Shown: positions 44,458 through 53,988, counted from the stretch's first letter. The stretch: DNA of 64,000 nt from a virus (IMGVR_UViG_3300025000_000056); one strand, 5' to 3'. A program made the numbers and translations. Notes: a model not told the origin generated them from the sequence alone.

Positions 44458-45170
44458 GTAAATACATCGACAAAGTAAATTCTGAATTAAGTCGAGTCGA
44501 AGCTCGTTTAGTTGATAAGGGATTTAAAGATTCTGATGTTATCCAAGCGATGGGTCAAGTCTTCGATAACTTTGATGATCAGAATAAGCTTAGTCTTGAT
44601 GTTTATCGCTGTAAAATTTGCAGCTTGCGAGTATCAGAGAATCGCGGGCCAGTACCCGGATCAGGCCCAATTAATTCGCCTTTGATGATTATCGGAGAAG
44701 CACCTTCGACCGTGGAAGATCTTATGGGTCTTCCATTGGTTGGAGAGTCTGGTATGTTCTTTACAATTACCTTAATTAAAGCCGGTGTTGACCGTAAACT
44801 TGTTCGACTTACAAATATTATTAAGTGTCGTTTACCCGAGGGCCGATCGCCTATTTCAGATGATCTTGCAGCATGTGGAATCCATTTACTTAATGAAATC
44901 GCTATTATTAAGCCTAAAGTAATCTTAACACTAGGTAATGAATCATTGCGATATCTAAGCGACGATCCGAATTTAAAGATTACTCAAGAACGAGGTAATT
45001 GGCGAGAAATTGATGGAATTCAAGTGATGCCGACCTTTCATCCTCAGTATGTCTTAAGACAGCAAACCAAAGAAGCTAAACTTTTAGCCAAAAAGCAATT
45101 CTGGAATGATCTTACTGCGGCTGTTACTATGGCTAAAACATTAGCACCAAATTACCAGTTTACTAACTAA
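44454..45170 (+). CDS. uracil-DNA glycosylase, family 4 (Fe-S type)
   Basis: GTGA start-stop overlap; motif A GEAPS; Cys cluster CKICSL..C; HPQ motif near the C-terminus. Confidence 0.65.
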   Translation: MSKYIDKVNSELSRVEARLVDKGFKDSDVIQAMGQVFDNFDDQNKLSLDVYRCKICSLRVSENRGPVPGSGPINSPLMIIGEAPSTVEDLMGLPLVGESGMFFTITLIKAGVDRKLVRLTNIIKCRLPEGRSPISDDLAACGIHLLNEIAIIKPKVILTLGNESLRYLSDDPNLKITQERGNWREIDGIQVMPTFHPQYVLRQQTKEAKLLAKKQFWNDLTAAVTMAKTLAPNYQFTN

Positions 45171-45203
45171 TCTCACCGAATCTTGTTGAAAGGAGGTGAG
45201 AAA

Positions 45204-46232
45204 ATGAACTTAAATATGCAGCAACACCAAACGCTTCAAGACAGTGCTGATATCTTTCGGCTTATGCAGATATCAGCACTAGAAGATGCGCGTCTTTCGA
45301 ATCAACGTAGCGTTTACTTTGAGAAAATTGAGAAATTCATGGATATTGAAAATCTACTGAGATCCTTTAAACCTGAAACAATCTGTAATAAACCGTCTAT
45401 TCCAATAGAAGAGTCTATCGAAGAAATCTCTAATATTGGTCGATTTGAACGTAAATTAACGGGCGGCTCACTAGTTATCGATGGTAATTCTATTTTTATC
45501 CCCGAGAGTATTACTACTGCAATTCATGCTGAAAATGGTGATTTAATTAAAGCAGAACGTGCAGGTATGCTTTCTGATGGATTTACAATTCGCTATGTCT
45601 TTACGATCGTAGAGAAAAATGCCCTGCCGTGTACCCGTGTTGAAGCATTAGGTATTATTGAACAAAACAATGTAGGCTATACGGCAATCGTTGATGGAGA
45701 TGAAGTACTTTTAAGTAAACATGACGTAGAGAAATTTAGTGTCAATGTCGGATCTGTTGTCAGTGTGGCTTATTATACTGACAATAAGAATACTCCAGGT
45801 AAGATTATTAAAGTTTATCCAAACGATGGACTATTAAGTAATCAGATCAAAGTAAGCAAAAGGAAAACCTCGCAAACAAAACTACCTCATATTACGACAA
45901 GCCAATTAAAAGGGTACACCGTTGGCATCGTGGGAGGTTACGGAGAAGAAGCCAATTACAGGGATGTCTTAACGGATTTAGGAGCGGAGTTTGAGTATAT
46001 CGACCCTAAAGCTGATAAAGATGAAATCATCAATGTTTTGCGCCGAGTTAACGGATTAGTTCACGTTTGGACATCAATTAGTCATCATACATCTAACTTG
46101 GTTAAGGAGCTTGTTAAGATCCATAAAATTCCTATGGTTTACGCTCCAAATACCGGTATTTCCGGAATTAAGCGAATAGCCATTGATGAGCTACTTCCCA
46201 TGATGATTGAGAAACTAAATAACATTGCATAA
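45204..46232 (+). CDS. hypothetical protein
   Basis: ATG 7 nt after AGGAGG. Confidence 0.5.
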   Translation: MNLNMQQHQTLQDSADIFRLMQISALEDARLSNQRSVYFEKIEKFMDIENLLRSFKPETICNKPSIPIEESIEEISNIGRFERKLTGGSLVIDGNSIFIPESITTAIHAENGDLIKAERAGMLSDGFTIRYVFTIVEKNALPCTRVEALGIIEQNNVGYTAIVDGDEVLLSKHDVEKFSVNVGSVVSVAYYTDNKNTPGKIIKVYPNDGLLSNQIKVSKRKTSQTKLPHITTSQLKGYTVGIVGGYGEEANYRDVLTDLGAEFEYIDPKADKDEIINVLRRVNGLVHVWTSISHHTSNLVKELVKIHKIPMVYAPNTGISGIKRIAIDELLPMMIEKLNNIA

Positions 46233-46246
46233 TGGAGGCATACTTA

Positions 46247-46528
46247 ATGAAATTATTAGGTGCTCGACTTGCTGTTAAGGTCGATTCAGAAGAAACAACA
46301 GAATCTGGGATTATCTTAGTTGGAGTCGACCATAAAGACGATCCACACCGTATAGGCGTTGTAACGGCTATCGGTAATGGTACTCGTACTGAAGAAGGTG
46401 CATTAATTCCAATGGATGTTCAAATTGGAGATCGAGTGGTCTTCGCTAAATTTACGGGCGTTCCTATCGAAGCTTATGAAAAAGACTGTTGGATAATTAA
46501 CGAACGAGATATCCTGGCTATTCTCTAA
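46247..46528 (+). CDS. groES: GroES-like co-chaperonin
   Basis: About 93 aa; mobile-loop and beta-barrel pattern ..ESGIIL..G.V.A.G.G.....G.....V..GD.V.F......Y. Confidence 0.6.
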   Translation: MKLLGARLAVKVDSEETTESGIILVGVDHKDDPHRIGVVTAIGNGTRTEEGALIPMDVQIGDRVVFAKFTGVPIEAYEKDCWIINERDILAIL

Positions 46529-46694
46529 TGTGTTGCGATAAGCCTACTATTAGGCAAAGTGTTGAAATTAAGAAACTAAAATGTACTTCGCGGAATATTG
46601 ATTTTAGCGGTATTGTACGATTTAGCCTATATGAAATAGCTCCAGAGCTTCTTAGTGCTTTATTAAAACAATTACTTAAATCAATATTACCGTA

Positions 46695-46728
46695 ACGGCA
46701 ATACACCGACCTCTTTGTGGGTCGGTGT
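46695..46728 (+). terminator. rho-independent terminator (CACCGACC-TCTTTGTG-GGTCGGTG plus TATTTTTG)
   Basis: Hairpin followed by a U-run; the clearest canonical terminator in the window. Confidence 0.65.
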
Positions 46729-46732
46729 ATTT

Positions 46733-46775
46733 TTGTTACAAATTGTGATATAATATGTAATGAGGAGTGATTTAA
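46733..46775 (+). promoter_or_regulatory. consensus promoter-leader motif (ttgttacaaattgtgatataatatgtaatgagg)
   Basis: Member of the recurring promoter family. Confidence 0.5.
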
Positions 46776-47111
46776 ATGGTCAAAAGTGTCAATGTAGTGA
46801 TCGATGAAGAAGAAAATGACACAGACACAGAATGCATGAATTGTAAGACCGGCTATAATTGGGAAGACATCAAGGTTATTGGAACGTCTTTAGATCCTAT
46901 GGCTCTTCGTGGGTTTTTGCAAAGTAAATTAGGTGATGCTTTTGATGACTGGAATATTAACGAAGTTTACACTATTGATTGTTCTTGTGGTCATCGTTTT
47001 GTTATAGCTGAAGTACCGGAAGCTTGTGAACCCGATGAAAATGGTATTTGTCACCCTGGTTATTTAACCTTAGGAGCCGCTGGTAAAAGAAACGAGGATA
47101 CTGATGTTTAA
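46776..47111 (+). CDS. zinc-finger protein
   Basis: ORF track. Confidence 0.5.
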   Translation: MVKSVNVVIDEEENDTDTECMNCKTGYNWEDIKVIGTSLDPMALRGFLQSKLGDAFDDWNINEVYTIDCSCGHRFVIAEVPEACEPDENGICHPGYLTLGAAGKRNEDTDV

Positions 47112-47351
47112 CTTAGATGGGCCCAGTATTGAAAATGATGGATGGCGATTTCCACTCGTTTGCCTTTGGTGGGCTGGGCTCTTTCTTGTTTGCTGGATAT
47201 GGGTAGTTCCTAGCCGTGCAATTTATGAATGGTGGCATAAGAGGCGATCTAAGTAAATCGCCTTAAAGGGCCTAAAAATCCACATATATATCCAGGCCGA
47301 TTTCAGGATTTTAGCAAATATTAGGATTTTGTGCAAATGGAGGTCTAAAAT

Positions 47352-47567
47352 TTGGCAAACAACTATAAAATTACCTGCCCAAGATGTGGAGACACTCATA
47401 CCTTCACAACTCATGTTTTAGTGTATCATGATCTATCTATAGGATGTACTAACTGTGGTCATTTCTGGACTGAGAAAAATATTGAAGGACTTCCTGATAA
47501 TCAAACAGATAAGGCATTGTATGAGCGAGGTAAAAAGTGTTTCGACGATATTGTTATACCAGACTAG
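47352..47567 (+). CDS. zinc-ribbon protein, IVIPD-tail family (..YERGKKCFDDIVIPD)
   Basis: TTG after GGAGG; CPRC..CTNC. Confidence 0.55.
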   Translation: MANNYKITCPRCGDTHTFTTHVLVYHDLSIGCTNCGHFWTEKNIEGLPDNQTDKALYERGKKCFDDIVIPD

Positions 47568-47579
47568 GAGGTCTGATTA

Positions 47580-47801
47580 GTGTATACATTCAAAACCTTA
47601 TGTCCAGTGTGTAAGGCAGGAGTTAGATTTGAATCAAAACATAATTGGTATCGTGGTGCTACTCTAAAGTGTCCCGCATGCGCTTATACATGGATCGAGA
47701 AAGAATTAATCGGTAAAGCAGAACCTGGTTCTGAAACCGAGAAGCGAGATTTATATGAACGTGGTCGCCGAATGCTTGACGATATTGTAATACCAGACTA
47801 G
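47580..47801 (+). CDS. zinc-ribbon protein, IVIPD-tail family (..YERGRRMLDDIVIPD)
   Basis: GTG after GGAGG; CPVC..CPAC. Confidence 0.55.
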   Translation: MYTFKTLCPVCKAGVRFESKHNWYRGATLKCPACAYTWIEKELIGKAEPGSETEKRDLYERGRRMLDDIVIPD

Positions 47802-47813
47802 GAGGTTTGGTGA

Positions 47814-48053
47814 GTGAACCTATTTAAAATTCGTTGTCCTGAGTGTAATCATCGATGTCATTTTAATGTTGTTCTTGTTGCCTTTACAAATCTTAAATTA
47901 CATTGTTCTTCATGCGATCATTGTTGGACTGAGCGTATTTATTATACAGATCAATCTGAACGATCTCAATACATTCAAGGTCGAAAATATATTCAAGAAA
48001 TTAAAATACCAGTATTTGAAGGAGAAGATGATGTTTACGTCGCATTGTCCTGA
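47814..48053 (+). CDS. zinc-ribbon protein, IVIPD-tail family variant (..QGRKYIQEIKIPV..)
   Basis: GTG after GGAGG; CPEC..CSSC. Confidence 0.5.
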   Translation: MNLFKIRCPECNHRCHFNVVLVAFTNLKLHCSSCDHCWTERIYYTDQSERSQYIQGRKYIQEIKIPVFEGEDDVYVALS

Positions 48054-48213
48054 GTGTAATTTATTACACTATGTATCTATGGGATCATTAAAACGTGGAG
48101 GTAATATCAGGTGCTTCCATTGTAATACTAGATGGCTTGTAAGTAAGGCTTATGAAGATTTCTTACATGACCGTGGTAGAAAATTACTTGAAGATATTAT
48201 TAAGGAGGATTAA
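48028..48213 (+). CDS. zinc-ribbon protein, IVIPD-tail family variant (..DRGRKLLEDIIKED)
   Basis: ATG after AAGGAG; CPEC..CFHC. The tracked start 47866 is unlikely. Confidence 0.5.
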   Translation: MMFTSHCPECNLLHYVSMGSLKRGGNIRCFHCNTRWLVSKAYEDFLHDRGRKLLEDIIKED

Positions 48214-48215
48214 TT

Positions 48216-48794
48216 ATGCATAAGTGTAGCCGCTGTAAATATCGTGGATTTGGAAAGAGTTTTGGTAAAACAGTTTTTGCATGTAAACTAAACAAACAAG
48301 ACCTATCACAGGTTGAAGACGATGAATTCGAAGTCGAATGTGACGGCTTTAAATCACGATATATCGAGTATCCATTAACTATAAGCGCCATTGAACAGCC
48401 TAAAGAAGCTGCTATTGTTCCAGGTCTTTATTCTCGTAAAGTAGGATGCTTAGTCGGTGTACGACCTTGTGGTGAAGAATATGGTGGTAAAACTTACTTG
48501 GGAATCTTACTCGGCGAAGTAGATATAGGGCTTATAATTTCTCATCATCCTGAGACATTAGTCTTAAGTATTAACCGAATGCATAATCCTGCGATGTTTG
48601 TGCCAGAACTCAAAGAAGTTATTTATGGTCAGAGTTCCTGGTGGAGCGTCATTGAATCCGAAGATGAACTCAAAGCTATTACAGACGATGTGATTGCTAA
48701 TCAGTGGTACGTTAAGCTCTTTAAGGATATGACAAAGGAGGAAGATCCAGATGAGCAAGAAGACTCCGCAGGTACCGAGCACATCAGTTCTTGA
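48216..48794 (+). CDS. hypothetical protein (N-terminal CxxC)
   Basis: ORF track; AAGGAGG RBS. Confidence 0.5.
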   Translation: MHKCSRCKYRGFGKSFGKTVFACKLNKQDLSQVEDDEFEVECDGFKSRYIEYPLTISAIEQPKEAAIVPGLYSRKVGCLVGVRPCGEEYGGKTYLGILLGEVDIGLIISHHPETLVLSINRMHNPAMFVPELKEVIYGQSSWWSVIESEDELKAITDDVIANQWYVKLFKDMTKEEDPDEQEDSAGTEHISS

Positions 48795-49422
48795 GATTAT
48801 CGATGCTGCTAATGTTGTTGCTAAGAAACACGGTATGGCTCAAGTAACGCCTGAAGAAGCGCTCGCCAAAGAAAAGGAGATTAGGAAGTCCTTAAAAAAG
48901 GATTTAGTAAGACCAAGACTTCCCACGGACATATCAAGACCAACAAGCATAATAGAACGAAACACAAGTCGAGACATTGATCCGAGCAAATCCCTTAAAG
49001 GATGGGACGGTGTCGGTGGTCAGGAAAGTGTTGTACTTTACAAAGATATTATGTTTGTTAGTTGTCAACGATATGTTGAAGACATCCATGTCATTCCTAT
49101 GGTAGTATTAGTTACTGCTTATCGCGTGTCTCACCATGGTTACGATGTTGTTACTCGCATCACTGAAGAACAATTCTTAGAACTACAACTCAATAAAGAG
49201 TTAGGTCTTCAAGATCGTGACGTTTCATATAGTTTTGTTGACTTATCAAAGCCTCGTAAGGATTCTTATGTTTGGCGTCGTAATGAATTAATTGATACGT
49301 ATCCTACAGCAGAAATGATTGCTAAGTTTGACGCCGAACAAGAAGTAATTGCCATTAAGCTTGCCGGTAAATACTATGACAAGTCAAAGTCTAAAGAAGC
49401 TGAGATTGGTGAAGCGATTTAA
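48751..49422 (+). CDS. hypothetical protein
   Basis: ORF track. Confidence 0.45.
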   Translation: MSKKTPQVPSTSVLEIIDAANVVAKKHGMAQVTPEEALAKEKEIRKSLKKDLVRPRLPTDISRPTSIIERNTSRDIDPSKSLKGWDGVGGQESVVLYKDIMFVSCQRYVEDIHVIPMVVLVTAYRVSHHGYDVVTRITEEQFLELQLNKELGLQDRDVSYSFVDLSKPRKDSYVWRRNELIDTYPTAEMIAKFDAEQEVIAIKLAGKYYDKSKSKEAEIGEAI

Positions 49423-49612
49423 TGTAGAAGTTGAGTGCCCTAATTGTCAATGGAGGTATGTTGTTTATTATCATTATACAATCGATCATTATGGTGATCT
49501 ATGGCTAATTTGCCCAGGATGTAGTTATGAAACTATAAGTTATACTGATCAAGAATTACTTCATGAGAAGGGTAGACAACGTATTCTTAACATCTCTATT
49601 CCGGAGGACTAA
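49409..49612 (+). CDS. zinc-ribbon protein, IVIPD-tail family (..HEKGRQRILNISIPED)
   Basis: In-frame GTG; CPNC..CPGC. Confidence 0.45.
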   Translation: MKRFNVEVECPNCQWRYVVYYHYTIDHYGDLWLICPGCSYETISYTDQELLHEKGRQRILNISIPED

Positions 49613-49614
49613 AC

Positions 49615-50013
49615 ATGAAAGAAGCAGCAATAATTGATGTGTATCATCCCACAGGCAAACTTCTGAAACCCTGTCGGAAGATGATCGCTAATCAATTAGT
49701 TCGCCGTCAAGGTGCTGAGTGGATTAATAGCAATGCTATCAGACTTCTCGTTACTAAAGAAGACAAGAAGCGTATGAGACAAGAGGCATTGATTCGTGAT
49801 AATTATACTTGTTATATTTGTCATGCTCGCTTAGACCCTAATGATCCAGAAGTTACAGTCGATCATATTGTTTGCCGAGCAGACTATTCTGGACGAGGGC
49901 GCGATTCCTTAGATAATTATGCCTGTTGTTGTAAGCGGTGTAATAATGATAAGGGAACTATGGACCTGCGAACCTATCTGGCTAAAAGAAAGGCGGCATG
50001 CAATGGGATATAA
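49615..50013 (+). CDS. HNH endonuclease
   Basis: HNH core DHIVCRADYSGRG...CCCKRCNNDKG. Confidence 0.65.
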   Translation: MKEAAIIDVYHPTGKLLKPCRKMIANQLVRRQGAEWINSNAIRLLVTKEDKKRMRQEALIRDNYTCYICHARLDPNDPEVTVDHIVCRADYSGRGRDSLDNYACCCKRCNNDKGTMDLRTYLAKRKAACNGI

Positions 50014-50263
50014 ATTATCAAACTCTGAAGGTCATGGACCACCACTAAGTGGAAGTTATCCCAATAAGAATGGTAGTATTTATCCTGCATCTACTTTACT
50101 TACGTTTACTGCTGATAAGGGACCTGCCTTAGAGCCAATAGAACTTGGTTCTGATGAAATCCTACAATGGTTTGCTGATCAAACTAAGACTGTTTTACTT
50201 AGTGAAGAACAACTTTACGAAATGGGCAAAAGTAAAATTGCCGAGATCGTAATACCAGATTAA
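50003..50263 (+). CDS. IVIPD-tail family protein without zinc ribbon (..YEMGKSKIAEIVIPD)
   Basis: Internal ATG; conserved C-terminal motif. Confidence 0.45.
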   Translation: MGYKLSNSEGHGPPLSGSYPNKNGSIYPASTLLTFTADKGPALEPIELGSDEILQWFADQTKTVLLSEEQLYEMGKSKIAEIVIPD

Positions 50264-50277
50264 GGAGGTGATTAATT

Positions 50278-53200
50278 ATTAGAGATTTCGTACATCTCCA
50301 TGTTCATACAGAATTTTCCATTTTGGATGGAGCAGCTAAGATTAAAGAACTCATTAAGAGAGCATGTGAGATGGGCCAGAATGCTGTAGCTATCACAGAC
50401 CATCGAAATCTTTGCGGCTATATTGAAATTCATAACGAAGCTAAGAAATGGAAGAAGTGTCCGTTTTGTGGCGTATGGCTTGAGGAACCTAAGGGAGGTA
50501 AGCCTTTAAGCTGTTGCGGTGGAGATTTTAATACTGCTAAAGCCCAAGGTTTCCAGGATTTCAAAGTTATTTATGGTTGTGAATTAGAAGAGACTGAGGA
50601 TCGTCGAATTCATTCTCGTAATGATATGGCAGATCTTGGTTATGATAACTACCACTTAATTGTCTGGATTAAAGACGAGACAGGATTTAAGAACCTAATG
50701 AAGATCATATCCGATGCTAGTACGACAGGTTACTTTGACCGTAAAGAACGTACGGACTTAGATTTTATCGAAGCCCACGGTCTAGGCAAGGGATTAATTT
50801 GTTCAACAGCATGTATTGGTGGTCGGGTACCGCAGCATGTACTTAAAGGTGAAATCAACGAAGCCAATGAATTTATTGAACGACTACAATCGATCTTCGA
50901 TGAAGTTTACATGGAGCTTCAAAGTAATTCAACCATGGAACAAAAGGTTGTTAACACTTGGCTTATTGAGATGCACAAAACGAATGGCGTACCACTCGTA
51001 GCGACCAAGGACGTTCACTATATCTATGATACGGATGCTGATGTTCACGATACATTACTCTGTATTCAGATCAATAAGCTTAAAGACGATCCAACTCGTT
51101 GGCGTTTCCCTGGCGGGCCGGACTATTACCTTTGCGATGGCGATGAGATGGACGCGTGGGCTCAGGACTCTACGTATGAATCGTATTATAGTTATGCTAT
51201 TGACAATACGGTACGTATTACTGCTAAGTGTAATTTTAAACCTAAGTTAGGTCAACGACTTATGCCAGAGTTTCCGGTGCCTGAGGGCTATAGTCCTGAG
51301 ACATGGCTTAAGCGTCAATCATATGAAGGACTCATAGATATCATGGAACGTGAGAAATGCTATGATAGTCCCGAGACTTATATTAAGAGACTTGACATGG
51401 AACTAGGTGTTATTAATCCTAAGGGGTATGCAAGTTACTTTTTAATCTTAGAGGACATGTGTGCCGAAGCAACACGACGTAAGATTCGCTATGGCCCAGG
51501 CCGTGGATCGGCTGCAGGTAGCTTACTATCGAACTGTTTGAAGATCACCAAGATGGATCCCATTAGACATGGTTTTATGTTTGAACGGTTCTTAAATCCA
51601 GAACGTGAATCCATGCCAGACATTGATATGGACTGGGATTATGAGCGCCGCGGTGAAATGATTGACTATCTCATGCAAAAATATGGCAGAGATCATGTTG
51701 CTCAGATTGCAACCTTCGGTAGAATCGGTGTGAAGTCAGCCATTCGTGACGTTATGCGAGTTCGTGATTACGGTTTCGCTGACACGGATGCTTTAGCAAA
51801 GCTTATACCAGATAAGATGCCAGACCAATCAGACGTTACATTAGATAAACTCTTTGGTATTGCAGATGACACAACCGATAAGTCTAAAGAACGTTATGGT
51901 GAGAACTTTGTTAAAGATGTCAAGGCCTTTGTGACTAAGCTTAATAACTATCCCGAAGTTATGCATGATGCGAAACGTTTAGAGGGTGTCATTCGACAGC
52001 GTGGTATTCATGCTGCCGGAGTTGTGATTACGCCAGGCCCTGTGACGGATTACATTCCACTCATGAGCGCATCAGACACTGCAGTTCTTCCGGTTGCTGC
52101 ATGGGATATGTCCGCTCTGGATTATGTTGGCGCACTAAAGCTTGATGTGTTAGGCCTTAAGACACTAACAACAATCGATAAAACATTGATTAGTATTAAA
52201 GCGATTCATGGTGTCGATATTGACATTGATGAAATTGAACTTGATGATCCAGCAACTTATAAGACTCTTCAAGATGGTCATACTCACTCAATCTTTCAGT
52301 TAGAATCCGGCGGTATGACACGGCTTGTTAAGGATGTTAAACCTGATACCTTTGATATTATCATTGACTTATTAGCTCTATATAGGCCAGGGCCTATTGA
52401 TGCTAAGTTAGATAATGGACTAACCATGGTTGAACAATATGTTGAGAATCGACATGGTGCTAAGCTTACCTTTGAACATCCTGACTTAGAACCTATTTTA
52501 ATGCAGGGTAGCGGCGTGTTTATTTATCAAGAGCAAATCATTCAAGCAGTTCGACAATTCGCAGGCTATACATTAGGTGGTGCCGATAGTATTCGTCGAG
52601 TCATGGGTAAGAAAAAGGTCGATGAAGTTGAAGCATTACGACCTGAATTCTTACATGGCAATACCAGTAAGAACCTAGTCGGAGGATTAAGCTTAAACTA
52701 TACTGAAGAGTTCTTGAATCATTTATTCGATCAGATTAAGGTCTTTGCCGGTTATGGTTTTAACAGACCACACGCTGGATGTTATGCAGAAATTACATAC
52801 CAGACGGCATGGTTAAAGACTCATTACGCTACGGAATTTATGACATCTCAGCTTTCTATGGAGGCTGGTAATAAGGATAGTACCGTTGCGAATGTTCAGG
52901 AATGTCGACGTATTGGTATTGATATGCTTCCGCCGGATATTAATCTATCGGACGTAGGGTTTACTATCGAAGGGCCCAACATTCGGTTTGGCTTAGTGAC
53001 AATTGGTGGAGTTGGAGAAGCCATTGTTAATGTCATTAAAGACACGAGACCTTACACGGACTTCACGGACTTCTTTAGTCGCGTTAATAAGAAAACGGTG
53101 AACAAGAAGGTTATGACGAATTTAATTAAGGTTGGAGCCTTTGATTGCTTTGAACCGAATCGTCATATTGTCTGGAATCACTACTGTGATCTCCGTGGTG

Positions 53201-53859
53201 AACTAGATGCTTATGGTAAGCCTAAGATCCGGACAACTAAGGGTGTTAAGAATCCTATGTGTGAATTATTAGAACCAAAGGATTTTACAGAGAAACTTCA
53301 ATTGGCTTACGAGAAAGAGCACATTGGACTTTATGTTTCAGGCCACCCATTAGGTGGTTTACCCTACGTTGCTTGGGCCAGTGTTGGTGATGGTGAGCTT
53401 GTAGAAATAGGCGGCATCGTTAAGGATGTTAAGATAGGTCCTACGAAAAATGGTAATGAATACGCTCGTGTTTGTCTTGAAACTCAGGGTTCTGATGTCT
53501 GGTTCAATGCCTTTGGCAAGGTTCACGTTGATCATAAAGCTAAGTTTGTTAAAGGCAATACCTTAATTGTTACGGGGGAGAAGTCTGCTAAGTGGAATAA
53601 CTTAACGGCTAAGAAAATTATCACCCGCAAGAAGAAAACTGATCCAAATGTTAAACTTAAACCCGTAGATGAATACGCTGAGAGTCCTGTCGTTAAGCCG
53701 AGTCCCTATGGTGATGCTGAGCAAGCGATTGCTACTGTGATGGCTACGAAAGAATTTATCAAGACCATTCTTTCAGAGGAAACCGCTAAGCCTGTTGTTG
53801 ATAAGATCCAGGAGATCTTAGATTCTGATGATCCGTTAATGGCAATCTTTGGTTGTTAG
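50278..53859 (+). CDS. dnaE: DNA polymerase III alpha subunit (DnaE-type), probable non-ATG (ATT) start
   Basis: PHP motif RDFVHLHVHTEFSILDGAAK lies in frame upstream of the first ATG/GTG/TTG (TTG 50323). The frame opens at 50272 after a TGA. RBS AAGGAGGTG sits 7 nt before ATT 50278. Pol III alpha catalytic and OB-fold regions follow. Confidence 0.7.
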   Translation: MRDFVHLHVHTEFSILDGAAKIKELIKRACEMGQNAVAITDHRNLCGYIEIHNEAKKWKKCPFCGVWLEEPKGGKPLSCCGGDFNTAKAQGFQDFKVIYGCELEETEDRRIHSRNDMADLGYDNYHLIVWIKDETGFKNLMKIISDASTTGYFDRKERTDLDFIEAHGLGKGLICSTACIGGRVPQHVLKGEINEANEFIERLQSIFDEVYMELQSNSTMEQKVVNTWLIEMHKTNGVPLVATKDVHYIYDTDADVHDTLLCIQINKLKDDPTRWRFPGGPDYYLCDGDEMDAWAQDSTYESYYSYAIDNTVRITAKCNFKPKLGQRLMPEFPVPEGYSPETWLKRQSYEGLIDIMEREKCYDSPETYIKRLDMELGVINPKGYASYFLILEDMCAEATRRKIRYGPGRGSAAGSLLSNCLKITKMDPIRHGFMFERFLNPERESMPDIDMDWDYERRGEMIDYLMQKYGRDHVAQIATFGRIGVKSAIRDVMRVRDYGFADTDALAKLIPDKMPDQSDVTLDKLFGIADDTTDKSKERYGENFVKDVKAFVTKLNNYPEVMHDAKRLEGVIRQRGIHAAGVVITPGPVTDYIPLMSASDTAVLPVAAWDMSALDYVGALKLDVLGLKTLTTIDKTLISIKAIHGVDIDIDEIELDDPATYKTLQDGHTHSIFQLESGGMTRLVKDVKPDTFDIIIDLLALYRPGPIDAKLDNGLTMVEQYVENRHGAKLTFEHPDLEPILMQGSGVFIYQEQIIQAVRQFAGYTLGGADSIRRVMGKKKVDEVEALRPEFLHGNTSKNLVGGLSLNYTEEFLNHLFDQIKVFAGYGFNRPHAGCYAEITYQTAWLKTHYATEFMTSQLSMEAGNKDSTVANVQECRRIGIDMLPPDINLSDVGFTIEGPNIRFGLVTIGGVGEAIVNVIKDTRPYTDFTDFFSRVNKKTVNKKVMTNLIKVGAFDCFEPNRHIVWNHYCDLRGELDAYGKPKIRTTKGVKNPMCELLEPKDFTEKLQLAYEKEHIGLYVSGHPLGGLPYVAWASVGDGELVEIGGIVKDVKIGPTKNGNEYARVCLETQGSDVWFNAFGKVHVDHKAKFVKGNTLIVTGEKSAKWNNLTAKKIITRKKKTDPNVKLKPVDEYAESPVVKPSPYGDAEQAIATVMATKEFIKTILSEETAKPVVDKIQEILDSDDPLMAIFGC

Positions 53860-53868
53860 GTTTAGTCG

Positions 53869-53906
53869 GGCCTCCTGCTCCTCCCCTTTGGGGAGCAGGA
53901 GGATCC
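53869..53906 (+). terminator. hairpin CCTCCTGCTCCTCCCC-TTTG-GGGAGCAGGAGG, family member
   Basis: Inverted repeat read from sequence. Confidence 0.5.
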
Positions 53907-53909
53907 TCC

Positions 53910-53960
53910 TATAAATTGTAGTGTATAATTTACATTACAAAATGGAATACTATTAGTATT
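53910..53960 (+). promoter_or_regulatory. promoter-like elements (tgtagtgtataat ; acattacaaaatggaatact)
   Basis: Member of the recurring promoter family. Confidence 0.4.
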
Positions 53961-53988
53961 AAATTAAGTTGAGAAGGAGCGATTTGTA

